A stretch of 63,935 nucleotides of DNA, filler included, from Hausera hauseri (taxonomy: Eukaryota), in assembly GCA_046269625.1 (NCBI GenBank). It is 11 parts of 11 records of this genome, joined end to end, with 100 filler letters (N's around TTAATTAATTAA, not from the genome) between each part and the next. Parts side by side here need not be neighbours in the genome. Positions count along the whole stretch, not along the records: positions 1 to 14,087 come from JBJURY010688771.1; positions 14,188 to 21,728 come from JBJURY010007901.1; positions 21,829 to 26,136 come from JBJURY010644331.1; 8 more parts are not named here. One strand, written 5' to 3'. Numbering within the stretch: position 1 is the first letter of the stretch; each line of letters starts with the position of its first letter. Below, in pieces: positions 13,285 through 24,515 of the stretch. The translations under genes and the position numbers were made by a program. The notes under the pieces were generated by a model, which did no database searches, had not been told where the DNA came from, and saw only the letters and a list, made by a program, of their open reading frames with translations.

Positions 13285-13980
13285 TAGCCTATTAGGTTAA
13301 GGATAGCTGAGCCTACATGGAAACTTTAGTGAGGAGATTCCCTGGGGATTTTTAAGAACTCCCAGTAGGGGTATTTAAAAAACAGTTGGACTGGTTTTAG
13401 CAGCGGGCTGATAAAATAAGTGCCAGCAGTCGCGGTTAGACTTTGAGCCAAAGCCTTAGTTTTAGGAGGCAGGTCTTAAGGTAGGATATAAAAAACCAGG
13501 GTAAAATCTAGATTTTTAAACCTTTAAAAAACCCTGTAAAACCTAAGATAAAAACAAGGATTAGATACCCTTCTATTCTAGAGGTATTGCACTTCAGGTA
13601 GTAGTTGTTATAAGCTTGAAACCTAAAGAACTTGGCGGTGCTTAATCCAATCAGAGGAACCTGCCCAATAAGCGATACTCCACGATCCATCTTACCTGCT
13701 TAAGGTTTGTATACCGTTATCGTAATACCTTTGGGAAAAGGTTATTGCTTTTGGTTAAACCAAGGAAGTTAGATCCAGGTGCAGCTTTGGCAGGGTGTGG
13801 TGGGTTACAATTTAGTTAGAAGTATGGAAGAGGATTTAAAAAGAATCAGAAATAGGATTTGAAAGTAATCCAGGTTTAAAAACCCTAGATGATTAACCCC
13901 TTAGGTATGTACATATCGCCCGTCACTCTCTTACAGAGAAAAGTCGTAACAAAGTAGAGGTACTGGAAAGTGCTTCTTTG
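13285..13980 (+). rRNA. rrnS: Mitochondrial small subunit (12S) rRNA
   Basis: GTGCCAGCAGTCGCGGTTA, AGGATTAGATACCC, TACATATCGCCCGTCACTCT, AAGTCGTAACAAAGTA. Confidence 0.95.
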
Positions 13981-14030
13981 ATCAAGCAAGCAGGAATGAT
14001 GTTCCTATCTTAGTACACAGTACCTTGGTC
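13980..14030 (+). tRNA. trnI: tRNA-Ile (GAT), possible, reduced arms
   Basis: AGGA-ATGATGT-TCCT anticodon-like stem-loop after rrnS. Confidence 0.4.
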
Positions 14031-14032
14031 TA

Positions 14033-14087
14033 ATAGGTTAGGTTAGGAAAACCTTAACCCTTCAAAGGTTAGAACGCAGAAAATGTA
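14033..14087 (+). tRNA. trnW: tRNA-Trp (TCA), truncated by contig end
   Basis: TAACC-CTTCAAA-GGTTA anticodon arm. Confidence 0.75.
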
Positions 14088-14187
14088 NNNNNNNNNNNNN
14101 NNNNNNNNNNNNNNNNNNNNNNNNNNNNNNNTTAATTAATTAANNNNNNNNNNNNNNNNNNNNNNNNNNNNNNNNNNNNNNNNNNNN
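14088..14187. other. Artificial contig linker (44N-TTAATTAATTAA-44N); also at 21729, 26137, 30236, 35118, 39328, 45243, 49973, 54195, 59620
   Basis: Identical 100-bp N-flanked six-frame-stop spacer occurs ten times; flanking sequences change abruptly in content. Confidence 0.98.
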
Positions 14188-14892
14188 AGTGACATGTGAA
14201 GCAACTCCTTGTGGACCAACAATAAGTTTGTTTGAAGCAATTGGCCACTCAGTGTCCTGTAAGTGAATTGCAAAATGTTCTTTATAACAATCATCAGAAT
14301 CTCGGTCATAAAAAAGAGTAACGTGAAGAGGGTCTGGAGGGGAAATGTAAGGTCGCAGAGCATCCAACCAAGGCTTCCAAGACAGGTAGGCAGAATAAAT
14401 GCCAAGCTGCTGGGTGTTTTCTGGGCGTAACAATGCCCAGTAGATGTCAGCAACTTCCTCCTGTATGGGTTGGAGTAAACATTGTGAGGTAGAGGAGGAA
14501 GACGAAGAACAAGTCCAATAAGTCCCATTAGGAAGAGTCACTTTCAGTCCCGTTTGTTCACACAAGATGGTTGCACCCATCTTTTTTAACAAGTCTCTGC
14601 CTAGCAGGTTAACCGGCACATCCTTAGACAAAACAAAGGGATGAGTCAACGATTGAGGCCCTGCTTTAATCAGGAGTGGTTCAGTCAAAGGCAGATTTTG
14701 TTGTACTCCAGAGAATCCCATCACTGAAACGGTGTCAGAAGTGGCGTGCTGAGAGAACTCTTGATCACTCAGAGTAGAATAAGTAGCACCTGTGTCCACC
14801 AGAAATGAGAAGTCTTTATTCATGACCTTCATTCTCACCATAGGGTCTGCTCTCCCCCCCCCATGGGTTGATTTCTCTGTGAGGTGTGTCAT
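14188..14892 (-). CDS. pol: Retroviral aspartic protease plus downstream 2H-phosphoesterase-like segment (pol 5' part, truncated)
   Basis: FLVDTGATYS and NLLGRDLL; then PLHVTLFY HxT motif. Confidence 0.88.
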
Positions 14893-14958
14893 TGCTGATA
14901 GGAACCACTAGGAGCTGCACTTGGAGCCCACTCTCTCTGTAGAGCTGGGTGCTGTCCA

Positions 14959-16967
14959 TCAGGCGCCATCTGGGGGGTTGGGAGCTGAATGAAGATGCTC
15001 ACCCTGCTGCATTTGAGCTTTTCTATGAAAACAATCTCTCGCCCAATGTCCAGGCTTCTGACAATAATGGCAGACATCTTGTGCTCTGCTTCCCTGCCTG
15101 TAACCTTGGCCATAACTCCTGCCCCGAGCTCTACCTCCTCCCCTCCATCTTCCTCTGACCTGATTCTGAGGATAAATATTAGGTTGTGGTTGAGAAACCA
15201 CTGTATACTGAGAGGCATTGTGTGTATTTTCATTCACAGCCACCATCTGTTTAGACTCCTTTTTAGACTGCACATCATCTCTAACCTGCTTCAATTGCAA
15301 CTTAATTAGCTGAGTTTGCATATCTTTCAAATCAGCTGAACTTTTTACCTCATCTGCTGCTTCCTGCAGATGATGGATTAGGTGACGTTCCCATTTTGCT
15401 GCATCAGCAGTGGGAAGGTCTGGATTAGTTCTCATTATTTTACTTACAGCTGCTGGAACACCATCTAGTATAGCTTGTCTGAAAAAATATCTCTGACCTT
15501 CACCCTGTCCGTGACAATGAGTTCTGCCAAACCAATTCTGTTTACACTGGTCCAGATAAGTGGTGGGGTTCTGTCCAGGTTTCCAATGAAACTTGGGCAC
15601 ACCTGTCCCTTCAGGGAGCGGGTAGGCCTCCCTGAGGGCCCTTGCTAATCTGTGGAGGTGATTTATCATAGGCTCTGAGTCAAGCACTTTATGATCCCAC
15701 CCTGCTGCACGCTCCAACTCATCCATCCTAGTGGATGTCACACACATGCCCAACAAGGCCCTCACATCTCCTACAGCTAATGTGATCCCTTTTGTTAGAC
15801 TGTCTACTGCATTTAGCCACTTACTGCCCCCCTCCGTCAGTGGGGGCAGCTTCTCAACTAAAGACTGAATGTCACCAAGTGCAAAAGATTTATACCTAAT
15901 CTGTGCACCTGCCTGAAGCAAAGGAAAGCTGCTGCTAGAGATGGAAGGTTGATCAAGTTGGTAAAACTCCTTATTCTCCTCATGTTCTAAAGGAACAGAT
16001 GTACTGGAGTGTGGTGTTAGAGAGAATGGTGTACTGTGTGAAGCTGGAAGAGACGTCACAATGTCTGAAGTGATTCTAAGAGGAACTTCAGCCAAAAAAG
16101 GATTCCTCTGAGGTCGTGCTTGGTTCTGAAGTGTCAAAGATGGCATCTGATCAGAGAGTAAAGGTCTATTTCCCCATCCTGGGACACCGGAAAAAGCATA
16201 AGCACCTGAAAGAGGATGTCCTCGCTCCACCCCTGTACTTAAACTAAGTGTGTGAGTGTCCGATGCTGATAGGCGAGGAAACGATGCCTGTGAGACTGGT
16301 GGAGTTGTGTAACTATCCTCAGCTGTCTGTGTTTTAATGAAATCTCTAAATTCAGAAGAATTCACTGATCCCACCTCATCTGTAATTATCAATTTATCTG
16401 GTCTTTTAAGCTCCACTCTCTCTAACAAGGGAGGGGCTTGCTCTATCTCTACCCTACCCTCTCTCACAGGATACACTGGGTAGATCCCTCCAGCAGGGGG
16501 AGCTGTTGAACTGTTGCTATCAAAATAAGGAGGAGGTGCTACACTCCCTGCTTTCTCCACCTTCTCATCTACCAACAGATGAAACACACCCTGAGCGATG
16601 AGGACTAGTTTAAACCACTCCTTGGAACAGTCATCTGACGTCACCATCAACTTCTTAAACTTCCCGCGTTTTAGGGTGTTGGCTGCTTTCCTCCTCTGTC
16701 TCCTGTTTGCATTTTTTTTATTTTAGCCCATATTAAATCTATGGCATTGTCTGAAACTACATTCTCACTTATTATTTGTAAATTTTTTATGAGCAATTCC
16801 TCCTGTTTTTTATCTTTCACTGACATAGAGATTGCTTGTGTGATTGTTTTTATTTGCTCATTTAAAGATTTAAAATTCTCATTCTCATACTGTTGCCTAC
16901 ACTTCTCTGCCATTTCATCACTATTTTTCTCCATCCTTTCAAAAAGAAATGCACTCATACAGCACAC
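14959..16967 (-). CDS. gag: Retroviral Gag (frameshift at A8 run 16712-16719)
   Basis: PPPY late domain, CHYCQKPGHWARDC zinc knuckle, RGG-rich NC; the 98-aa upstream ORF joins the 563-aa ORF by a -1 shift. Confidence 0.85.
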
Positions 16968-17897
16968 AGAACTTTATTTTGGCTGGAACTGTCAGGAACT
17001 CTTTTCTTGTTCACATTCACACTGTTGGCCTTATGTTGACAAGACAAACAACAAAGTTGACAAACAACACAAGACAGACCAACTTTTCACCTTTCACGCA
17101 AAACTCTGACGCCAGAAAAATTCAACAATGGTTTCCCAAAACTCCAGTTTGATTAAAAATTTTGTTTTAAAAGAAAATGTGTGTTGACTCCTTTTGTTTT
17201 AACCAAAGAGGTATTCAATCCGTGCTCTGTGACTATTTGTTATATGTAAAAGAAAAAATAACAACAATTAAAAAAAAAAATTATTATTGCCATTTTTTTT
17301 CTCTAATTTATTTATTTATTTTTTATTATTCTACTTTTATTTCCTTATCGATCGGCCGATTTTCACGTTTTTTTTTAAAAAATATTATTTAATATTATTT
17401 AATATTATTATTGATCGATCTGCTTTCCGTACGTATTTTTGCGCTTTTACTTTAATGCCATACCCAGTCCCGCACTTATTTAATAAACTTTTCTATTTTA
17501 AATAAGCTTAATTGACGCTGTTTTCCGTTGATCACAAAGTTAACGATGTTTACAGCAAACATGATCTCAGGGTTTCAGAGTGAGCGGCGAATAAATTATT
17601 ATATTTATCCTAGAACCCCCACCCCCCTGTTACAAAAGCTCGTCAGCCTTTGTTTTGCTCGATCACTGCGTGATAATATCTGGGACTGGTTTTACGTTAT
17701 TTTCATTCCTACGCGCTTCCGAACGTAAAAACGTACTTATTCTTGTTTAATGAGTCCAACACACTGAGTTTTAATTTGCCTAATAAAAGCCCAATGCAGA
17801 TTTAGATTAAACAAGGAACTGCGTACCTGTTCTTTGATGACGGCGCCGTTCGGTCAGTATGCTGGACTCGCTCCCCCTCCCTGCCTGCATCAAACCA

Positions 17898-17915
17898 ATC
17901 TCGGTGGGACCTCCA
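17898..17915 (-). promoter_or_regulatory. Primer binding site complementary to tRNA-Gln
   Basis: Minus-strand TGGAGGTCCCACCGAGAT = complement of vertebrate tRNA-Gln 3' end (ATCTCGGTGGGACCT-CCA), 2 nt after LTR CA. Confidence 0.88.
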
Positions 17916-17917
17916 AT

Positions 17918-18758
17918 TGTTGAGCGTTAACGTCGTCTTCTCCTCCGCCCGAGTTCGTTGTTTTGGTTCTGAGCTGGATCAAGGAAGGAAAACAGTTCAC
18001 CGAAGGATACGACAGACTCACTCTTTAAAGTTCTCAAGTTATGTTTAATTGTTTACTCGATTAAAATAGTCACAGAACATATCATATGAATACAATTTGG
18101 TTAGTTAATCATAGTTTAAAGTATAAAACAAAAGAAAAAGTTTATGGAGGCCTCCATGTACAAAACACATACGACCTGAAAACTGCTGCTTCTCCTTCGG
18201 ATGCCACGCGCTGCTCTGATCTGCTGTGGGGGAAGTGGTCAGTTTCTTTGTCTGAAATCGGGGCGTGACCCTGCTCCGGACAACGCACACACACACACAC
18301 CTCCTTCGAGAAGGTTCTGTCCCTTCAAGAGAGTTCTATTCCTCCTCCCCCTTTGGGCCCAGCTCTCTGGTGAGTGAAAACAGACGCTTGCAGCAACAGG
18401 AAAATGCCTGCATGTTTTTTCAGCTCACACAGACTTTGTGAAGTAAAATAAAGCTTTCACCAGCTTAAAAATATAATAAAGCACTTATCAGTATGAAAAT
18501 ATATATTTTAATCCACATCACTAACTATATCTCTCATGTTTTTACCTTCATATTAATGAATACTAAAAAGGACTCCAAAAGAGTGTTAAAGAAAAACAGG
18601 GTCATATATTAGCCCGTCAGTAGAAAGAATGTATAAACTTCCTGCTGACCCTAAGGTAACCATAGCAACGTAACCAACTCCTGTGATAAGCTGAAGCCCA
18701 GTGTTACTCTGCAGAAGACAAGATGTAACTCACACAAATATGATTTTATTTCACAACA
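17918..18758 (-). repeat. ERV long terminal repeat (841 bp)
   Basis: TGTTG...CAACA termini; preceded by PPT AAAAGGGGAAA (18759-18769), followed by PBS. Confidence 0.85.
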
Positions 18759-18823
18759 TTTCCCCTTTTGGACCTAAATTCCTTAGGTCCACATATAGAA
18801 ATAAAATCATAAAGTCAACATCA

Positions 18824-20788
18824 TCATTTACGCGGTGCAGACATCTGAAAATCATTCAGATCGTAACCTTTCTGCAGAAGTAATTGTCGAAATACTTCCG
18901 GATCATGTTTCTCCAGGGTGGACGTAATAAGTCTAACAGCTAAAGATCGCATACAAGGAATGCAACAACAGCCACAAGTCACCAAAATTGCAATAAAAAT
19001 AGACAAAGACACTACCAAAGATATAATCACTTGTCTCCAAGGGCCAAAAACTTTCAAGAGCCAATCCTCAAATTTGTTGTCAATACCAGAATGACTTTGC
19101 ATCTCATTAGAGAGTGTCCTAAGACCTTCTAATGCTCTAGTGACCTTTCCATCAGGGGCGGTGTTGTTTGGGATGAAACTACAACAAAGATCTCCAAACA
19201 TACTACAAACACCTCCTTTTTCTGCCAACAACATTTCAAGAGCCATTCTGTTCTGCACTGCCATCAGAGACGTAGGAGCCAATTGTTCAGCCAATCCCTC
19301 TACAGCATCTCTGGTGAGATTAGACAAACGCATAACATTATAATGTATATAATTTATTCTGTCAACATTTTTGTGTGGGAGAACAGGGAAAATCTGTGAA
19401 ATAATCGGCAAATGCTCAAAACCTGCTGCAATCTGATTAACTAATTTGTGTTCATTTGGTACACCACGGGAAACTCCTATCGCATCAATGTAAGTAGGTG
19501 AACCTACCGTGGGATCAAAGTTATGTGTAGACCTCTTTGACCTAGACGTAGTAGTGGTGAAATTCAACTGCTCTAGTTTAGGGCCTATCAGTGTAAGAGG
19601 GGCAGCTAATCGCACCAGGGCGCAAAGTCCATCGGTGTTGTCCAAGATGCGAGTTAGCAGCCTTTTGTCACCACAAAAATAATATAGCCCTGATCTGACC
19701 AAAGGGCCAATCACAGTCCTTTCACCTCTCCTAGTATCAACTACAATAGTGTGATTGCACCAGGTTTGATCAATCATTCCAACATTCACCTTAGCATTAG
19801 AAGAGATAAAATTGAAACAGAAATAATCATGTCGTTTAACTGCTTGAAAAGGACCTGCCTTGGTATTATTAGCAGCCAGAGGGAATACCTCACCCAAAGT
19901 AGCACAATTAGCATTTACCGGTATTCTAGTCAAGCTTAACATACACTCAAAACCCTAAGTATCCTCAGGGATCAGGGGTGCAGGTTCAATATACAACGCA
20001 GGACGCGCAGCTGCACATGCTATGCATTCCGACAGCGAGGCTTGTCTTGCAGCCTCCGCTAACCATTCCAACCATATATTGGTCTCACTGTAACCAGTAG
20101 ACATTGCAATCACCTGGGTGGGAGTCAAAGTGGTGTAATCCACATTTGCTAGATTTGGTACAGTGTTATTATCCAACTGGAAGAGTGGTTCGTTTTCCTG
20201 GGAGGATGCGTTCGTTGGCGGGTCAATCATTTTTATAATGATTGTTCGAGAAGGGTCTCTGTGAGCGACATGAGCCTGAACAACAAAGTACAATGCATCT
20301 GCCTGTGGAGAGTTGCCATAAAAAGTTGTGAGCAAATTTATGGACAACAGAAGATTATTCAAGCCGCTACTATTACCCTTTGCTAAGGTAAATCCATGCT
20401 TCCACCATTGGTAGCGAAGGGGGACCCATGATCCTGTATACAGCACGATGCTACTCCATATGCAGGTGGAACAATGGAAACTAGGGTGGCACGGACACAT
20501 GTAATAATCTACATTGTGACCTATTCTACTGTCTGAACACTCAAATAATTCACAAATGGGCAATGACAAGGTAGAGGTGGTTCCTCTGACATAAGATACT
20601 GTAAGCATCTGTTGGCCATAATAATCCTTATCATTTAGGGCCACCTGAAGAGCTCTGCTCGATCTATGAAGATTACAATCCCTTCCCCCAGGAATAACAC
20701 AAACATATTCTAGGAGAAAAATCGAAGACACCACAGTCACAACAATCATCCCAACTCCCAGAAAGACCTTCCTATCTGGCCACCACAT
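18824..20788 (-). pseudogene. env: Retroviral envelope glycoprotein with one in-frame TAG (19955-19957)
   Basis: N-terminal hydrophobic segment, RSKR furin site, QNRMALEMLLAEKGGVC ISD, CSMFGDLCC, TM and CGCCCIPC; two ORFs in one frame joined by EDT*GFEC. Confidence 0.92.
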
Positions 20789-21224
20789 TTTTGTTTGGAG
20801 TAACTGGGAAAATTGCTGAGATAATAGGTATATTAAAAAAATGTTTCAAAAATATTACTAATGTAAATATCAATAAAAAATGTTTAAAAAAGATTAAAAA
20901 GTTTAAAAAATATTAAAAATTGTATGTCAATAAAATGTTAGTACATTAAAATGTGCCACACATACTCAGAGGCATTCCTCTGGGGTGCTCAGGGATATTG
21001 AATCCTTCCTATGTCCCTGAGTTTTCTTCATGAAATGTGAGACTCTAAATATGTAAGTGTTTTCATCGGTTTTAGGTGTCTGTACTATGTGTGAATATTC
21101 CAGCACCAAGTGACCCTATAAAACTTAGTCCTTCTGGGCCGGCACTCAACTATACTTGGCTGCTTTGGTCTAACAAGACATTCAAGTTCAAGTTACGATT
21201 TCTTTAGTTGTTCTGGTCCGGCAT

Positions 21225-21728
21225 TCAGCTCCTTCCAGGCTCACGAGCTGGTGCACACTGGCTCCAGTGATACCACGTTTCTCCTTTTCCTCTCAACCGG
21301 ACTGCATGAGAGGTTCTCTCCATCACCTGAAATGGACCTGTCCACCTGGGTTCCTGCCACTTCCTCTTAACGACCCTCAGCAACACCCACTCAGCTGTGG
21401 GTAAGGCAGGGTCCTCGGGCAGACCCTGTTTCTCGTGGACCTGCTGAGTAAAGTTAGACACCAAGGCTTTTAACTCATGAAAGTATACCTTGTGGTCCAA
21501 CTTACGGTCCCCCTCATTTGGCAGAGAGCACGCATTCGGTCCAGGAAACGTGCGACCTGTGGTTAACTCATAGGGAGAGAAGCCAGTACCATTATTAACA
21601 GAATTTCTTACAGTCATTAATGCAATAGGTAAAGCATCTACCCAATTTAATTTTGTCTGTGCACAGATTTTACTCAATTTTTGTTTTATATTTTGATTCA
21701 TTCTTTCAACTTTACCCTGTGATTGAGG
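21225..21728 (-). CDS. pol: Retroviral integrase, C-terminal part
   Basis: PQSQGKVERMNQNIK, SPYELTTGR, PRWTGPFQV, WYHWSQC. Confidence 0.9.
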   Translation of the reverse strand, partial: PQSQGKVERMNQNIKQKLSKICAQTKLNWVDALPIALMTVRNSVNNGTGFSPYELTTGRTFPGPNACSLPNEGDRKLDHKVYFHELKALVSNFTQQVHEKQGLPEDPALPTAEWVLLRVVKRKWQEPRWTGPFQVMERTSHAVRLRGKGETWYHWSQCAPAREPGRS

Positions 21729-21828
21729 NNNNNNNNNNNNNNNNNNNNNNNNNNNNNNNNNNNNNNNNNNNNTTAATTAATTAANNNNNNNNNNNNNNNN
21801 NNNNNNNNNNNNNNNNNNNNNNNNNNNN

Positions 21829-22520
21829 GTTTCGTTGTAAATTCATCAACACCGTTCCTTTTGTTTCCGTTTGCAAGTGGTCGAATGGACATGAATAAAC
21901 CGCTACTTTGGTGTCCTTTACTTCTTCAATGTTGCCCTGAGCTTCACGAACGAAAACCAAACCGTTGAAGACCTGAAAAGAAGCAACTCCAATGCCCAAA
22001 ATTTTGACAACTCGTATATTGTCGATATTGAAATGCAACGTACTGGACAAAGTACTTATGCATGCCTCCATTACCAAATCAGCAATGTGATTTTCGAATA
22101 TTTTCAGCTTAACAGCAGTTCGTATAATCTTCCTCACAGATTCTTCATCTCTTAGTTCTGAAACTTTGTCAACGACAAATTCCTGCAAAATATGCAACGC
22201 ATGTTTCGTAGCAATTTCATATCCTTCAGAAATACTGGGTACGGACAAACCCATTTTTAACAAATATTGGGCTTTATCTAACAAAGCTCCACAAAGTAAA
22301 ATAACGAAATTCGTTGCTTCGCCAGATTCTTGTTCTTGTCGTTGAGCAGCCATTACCATCAATTTTGCTGCTGGATGTTCGACTTCTAATTCTTTTAAAA
22401 TGGTACCGGCGTCCTTTGTAACGAACTATTGGCCGACATGGTTTGTAACCATTTTTCTCATTCCCAACGAGCCGAATGTTTATGCTTCTCTGCTAATAGT
22501 ACAGCCCTTCAATCGGTACC
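21829..22520 (-). pseudogene. CCT8: T-complex protein 1 subunit theta, intronless fragment with stop and frameshift
   Basis: FGSLGMRKMVTNHVGQ*FVTKDAGTILKELEVEHPAAK, FNIDNIRVVKILG, TETKGTVL; in-frame TAG near 22426. Confidence 0.85.
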
Positions 22521-22578
22521 GTTTGTAGATCGGTAGTCGAGGACTGAAGGTGTTTTTAGGAATAAGCACGTAGTAGAT

Positions 22579-23778
22579 TTAAACGGATACTGTCAGACGA
22601 TACATTGCTAAACAACGTGGAAGCAGCGTTTCACCGTGTCGATCATACGATGACGAAGTCCATTGATCAATGGTACATCCAGTGCCGCTGGTAAACATTG
22701 TGATGAAATTCTCAAATTGGTTGACAAGTTTCCGTCGCAGCTGAATTCGCTCACGAATATCATCGATCAATTGACGTAGGATGGTAATTTGCACTTTCAT
22801 ATTGATTGCAATATGAGTTTGTTTTCCAGATGACACAACAGACGGCAGCAAATTGCGGAAATTACCAACCAATCTTTGACACCAAATGTATGGAATGCCC
22901 TTGGACAAATTCAGTCCAGTTTCATTTGACTTTTCCTGTCTCGCACAGACCCACGCAGAATCCATAGGACAGCCCTTCTCATCACCGAGTTCCGACAGCA
23001 AGTCTGAAGAATCCAAAAGACACTGGAATGGTGACTTAGTCAGAAGTTGCAGATGCGGTTTAACTCTCACCAAATTCAGACAAGAATTCCAAAAAAATTG
23101 AAGTTCCAACGATGATATGGTAACAACGACATGTATTTCGGCTATGTATTCAATATACATGGTCATATCCGTATCAAAGACGTCAGGATGAACAAGCATT
23201 TGAACGAATAGAACATAAAGTGCATGTGGCAATGACTGAGACAATTCGTCTTGTTTTTCGTGGTAATCAAGAGGCAGCCGGAATGTATCTTCCAGTGGCT
23301 TGGTAGCCTCAACGACTGCTCGTAAATCGTCTGAAATATTTTCAAATGCACGATTTTTCTTGTTTATTTCCATTATTAAGCGCTTTTCTTCATCTTCCGC
23401 CTCTCGGATTTTTTCGATAAGTCTCCGTCGTTCTTCTAACACCCAATGCATACGATTAAGGTACAGCTCATGTTTAGAATTGGTTTCTCGTAAATTTTCC
23501 GGTGCTTTGTATAAGAAATTCTGCATATTTAGATGGTTTTTGTTGATTGAATCTTTTGTTTCTTTTGTTTTTTTACGGCAGACATTCAAACGAAACTGAG
23601 ATTTTCTATTTAAATATTTGAATTTCAGTAAAAAATTTGACGTCTTGGCCGGATTTATTTTTTTCTTTTTATCAAGAATTTCTGTTGCAAATTTGACGAA
23701 TTTGTCATACCATTGAATAAATTCATCCACGTCATTTTTAATACCATCGACGTTAAAATATCCCACTTCTGATACCAT
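22579..23778 (-). CDS. THOC5: THO complex subunit 5-like (FmiP/Thoc5), divergent, probably decayed
   Basis: KYLNRKSQFRL..TKETKDSINKNHLNMQNFLY, RMHWVLEERRRL and LPHALYVLFVQ resemble the THOC5 N-terminal domain; no introns. Confidence 0.75.
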   Translation of the reverse strand: MVSEVGYFNVDGIKNDVDEFIQWYDKFVKFATEILDKKKKINPAKTSNFLLKFKYLNRKSQFRLNVCRKKTKETKDSINKNHLNMQNFLYKAPENLRETNSKHELYLNRMHWVLEERRRLIEKIREAEDEEKRLIMEINKKNRAFENISDDLRAVVEATKPLEDTFRLPLDYHEKQDELSQSLPHALYVLFVQMLVHPDVFDTDMTMYIEYIAEIHVVVTISSLELQFFWNSCLNLVRVKPHLQLLTKSPFQCLLDSSDLLSELGDEKGCPMDSAWVCARQEKSNETGLNLSKGIPYIWCQRLVGNFRNLLPSVVSSGKQTHIAINMKVQITILRQLIDDIRERIQLRRKLVNQFENFITMFTSGTGCTIDQWTSSSYDRHGETLLPRCLAMYRLTVSV

Positions 23779-24515
23779 TGTTTGCTTGTTAACTTATAGA
23801 GAAATGAGAAGAATAATCCCTTTAAACGAAATTTCAAAATTCGATAATAGTCATAACATCGAAACAAACAAGTCTGAATGATAAATTTGATCGTAGTGTT
23901 GTAGAAATTTCAAAGTACTGATTTTGGACTGTGCAATTACGTTCCATTGTTTAATCAAATGATTTAGAATTGTTGAAGTCGATTTTCGGTGAACGAATCA
24001 AACGTTGTTTGAGATCGGTTTGTTGATAAATCGATCTGTTGTCGGAATATTCGGTAAATTTGATCGTGGCGTTGTAGGAATTTTAAATTACTGATTTTGG
24101 CTAAACTGTATTAAACTGCGGGTTGCAGCGCGTGCGTCCGTGGCACCACACTACCCCCCCATTACGGAAATGACACCGCATTAATAAAAAAAAGTTATAA
24201 TAAGTTAATAAAGTTAATACATGCGTATCTTCAATAGCGCGTGATGTTTGTTTGATCAAAGTCTAATATACATATTTGATTTCGGAATCAAACCAAAGAA
24301 CATTGATGCTGATAACTTCATAATCTTTGTTTGGAATAAACAAAAATCGCAATTAGTATTCTGAGATTGTTAATTGGTGAACTTTTGTGAAGACGTAAAT
24401 TATTGAAAACATTTTTTGTTTGAGAGACTGTCGTAAATCACTTGACTTGTGGCTGCTGGATCGTGGCGACGTTAAAGTCCGCGGCACCACACTACCACCC
24501 GTTATAAAATGACAC

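Larger units (their letters stand above)
14188..21728 (-). mobile_element. Fish-type class I (epsilon/gamma-like) endogenous retrovirus, permuted: IN-env-LTR-gag-pro
   Basis: gag with CCHC knuckle, DTGA protease, env with ISD and CX6CC, integrase C-terminus, single LTR flanked by PPT and PBS. Confidence 0.9.
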
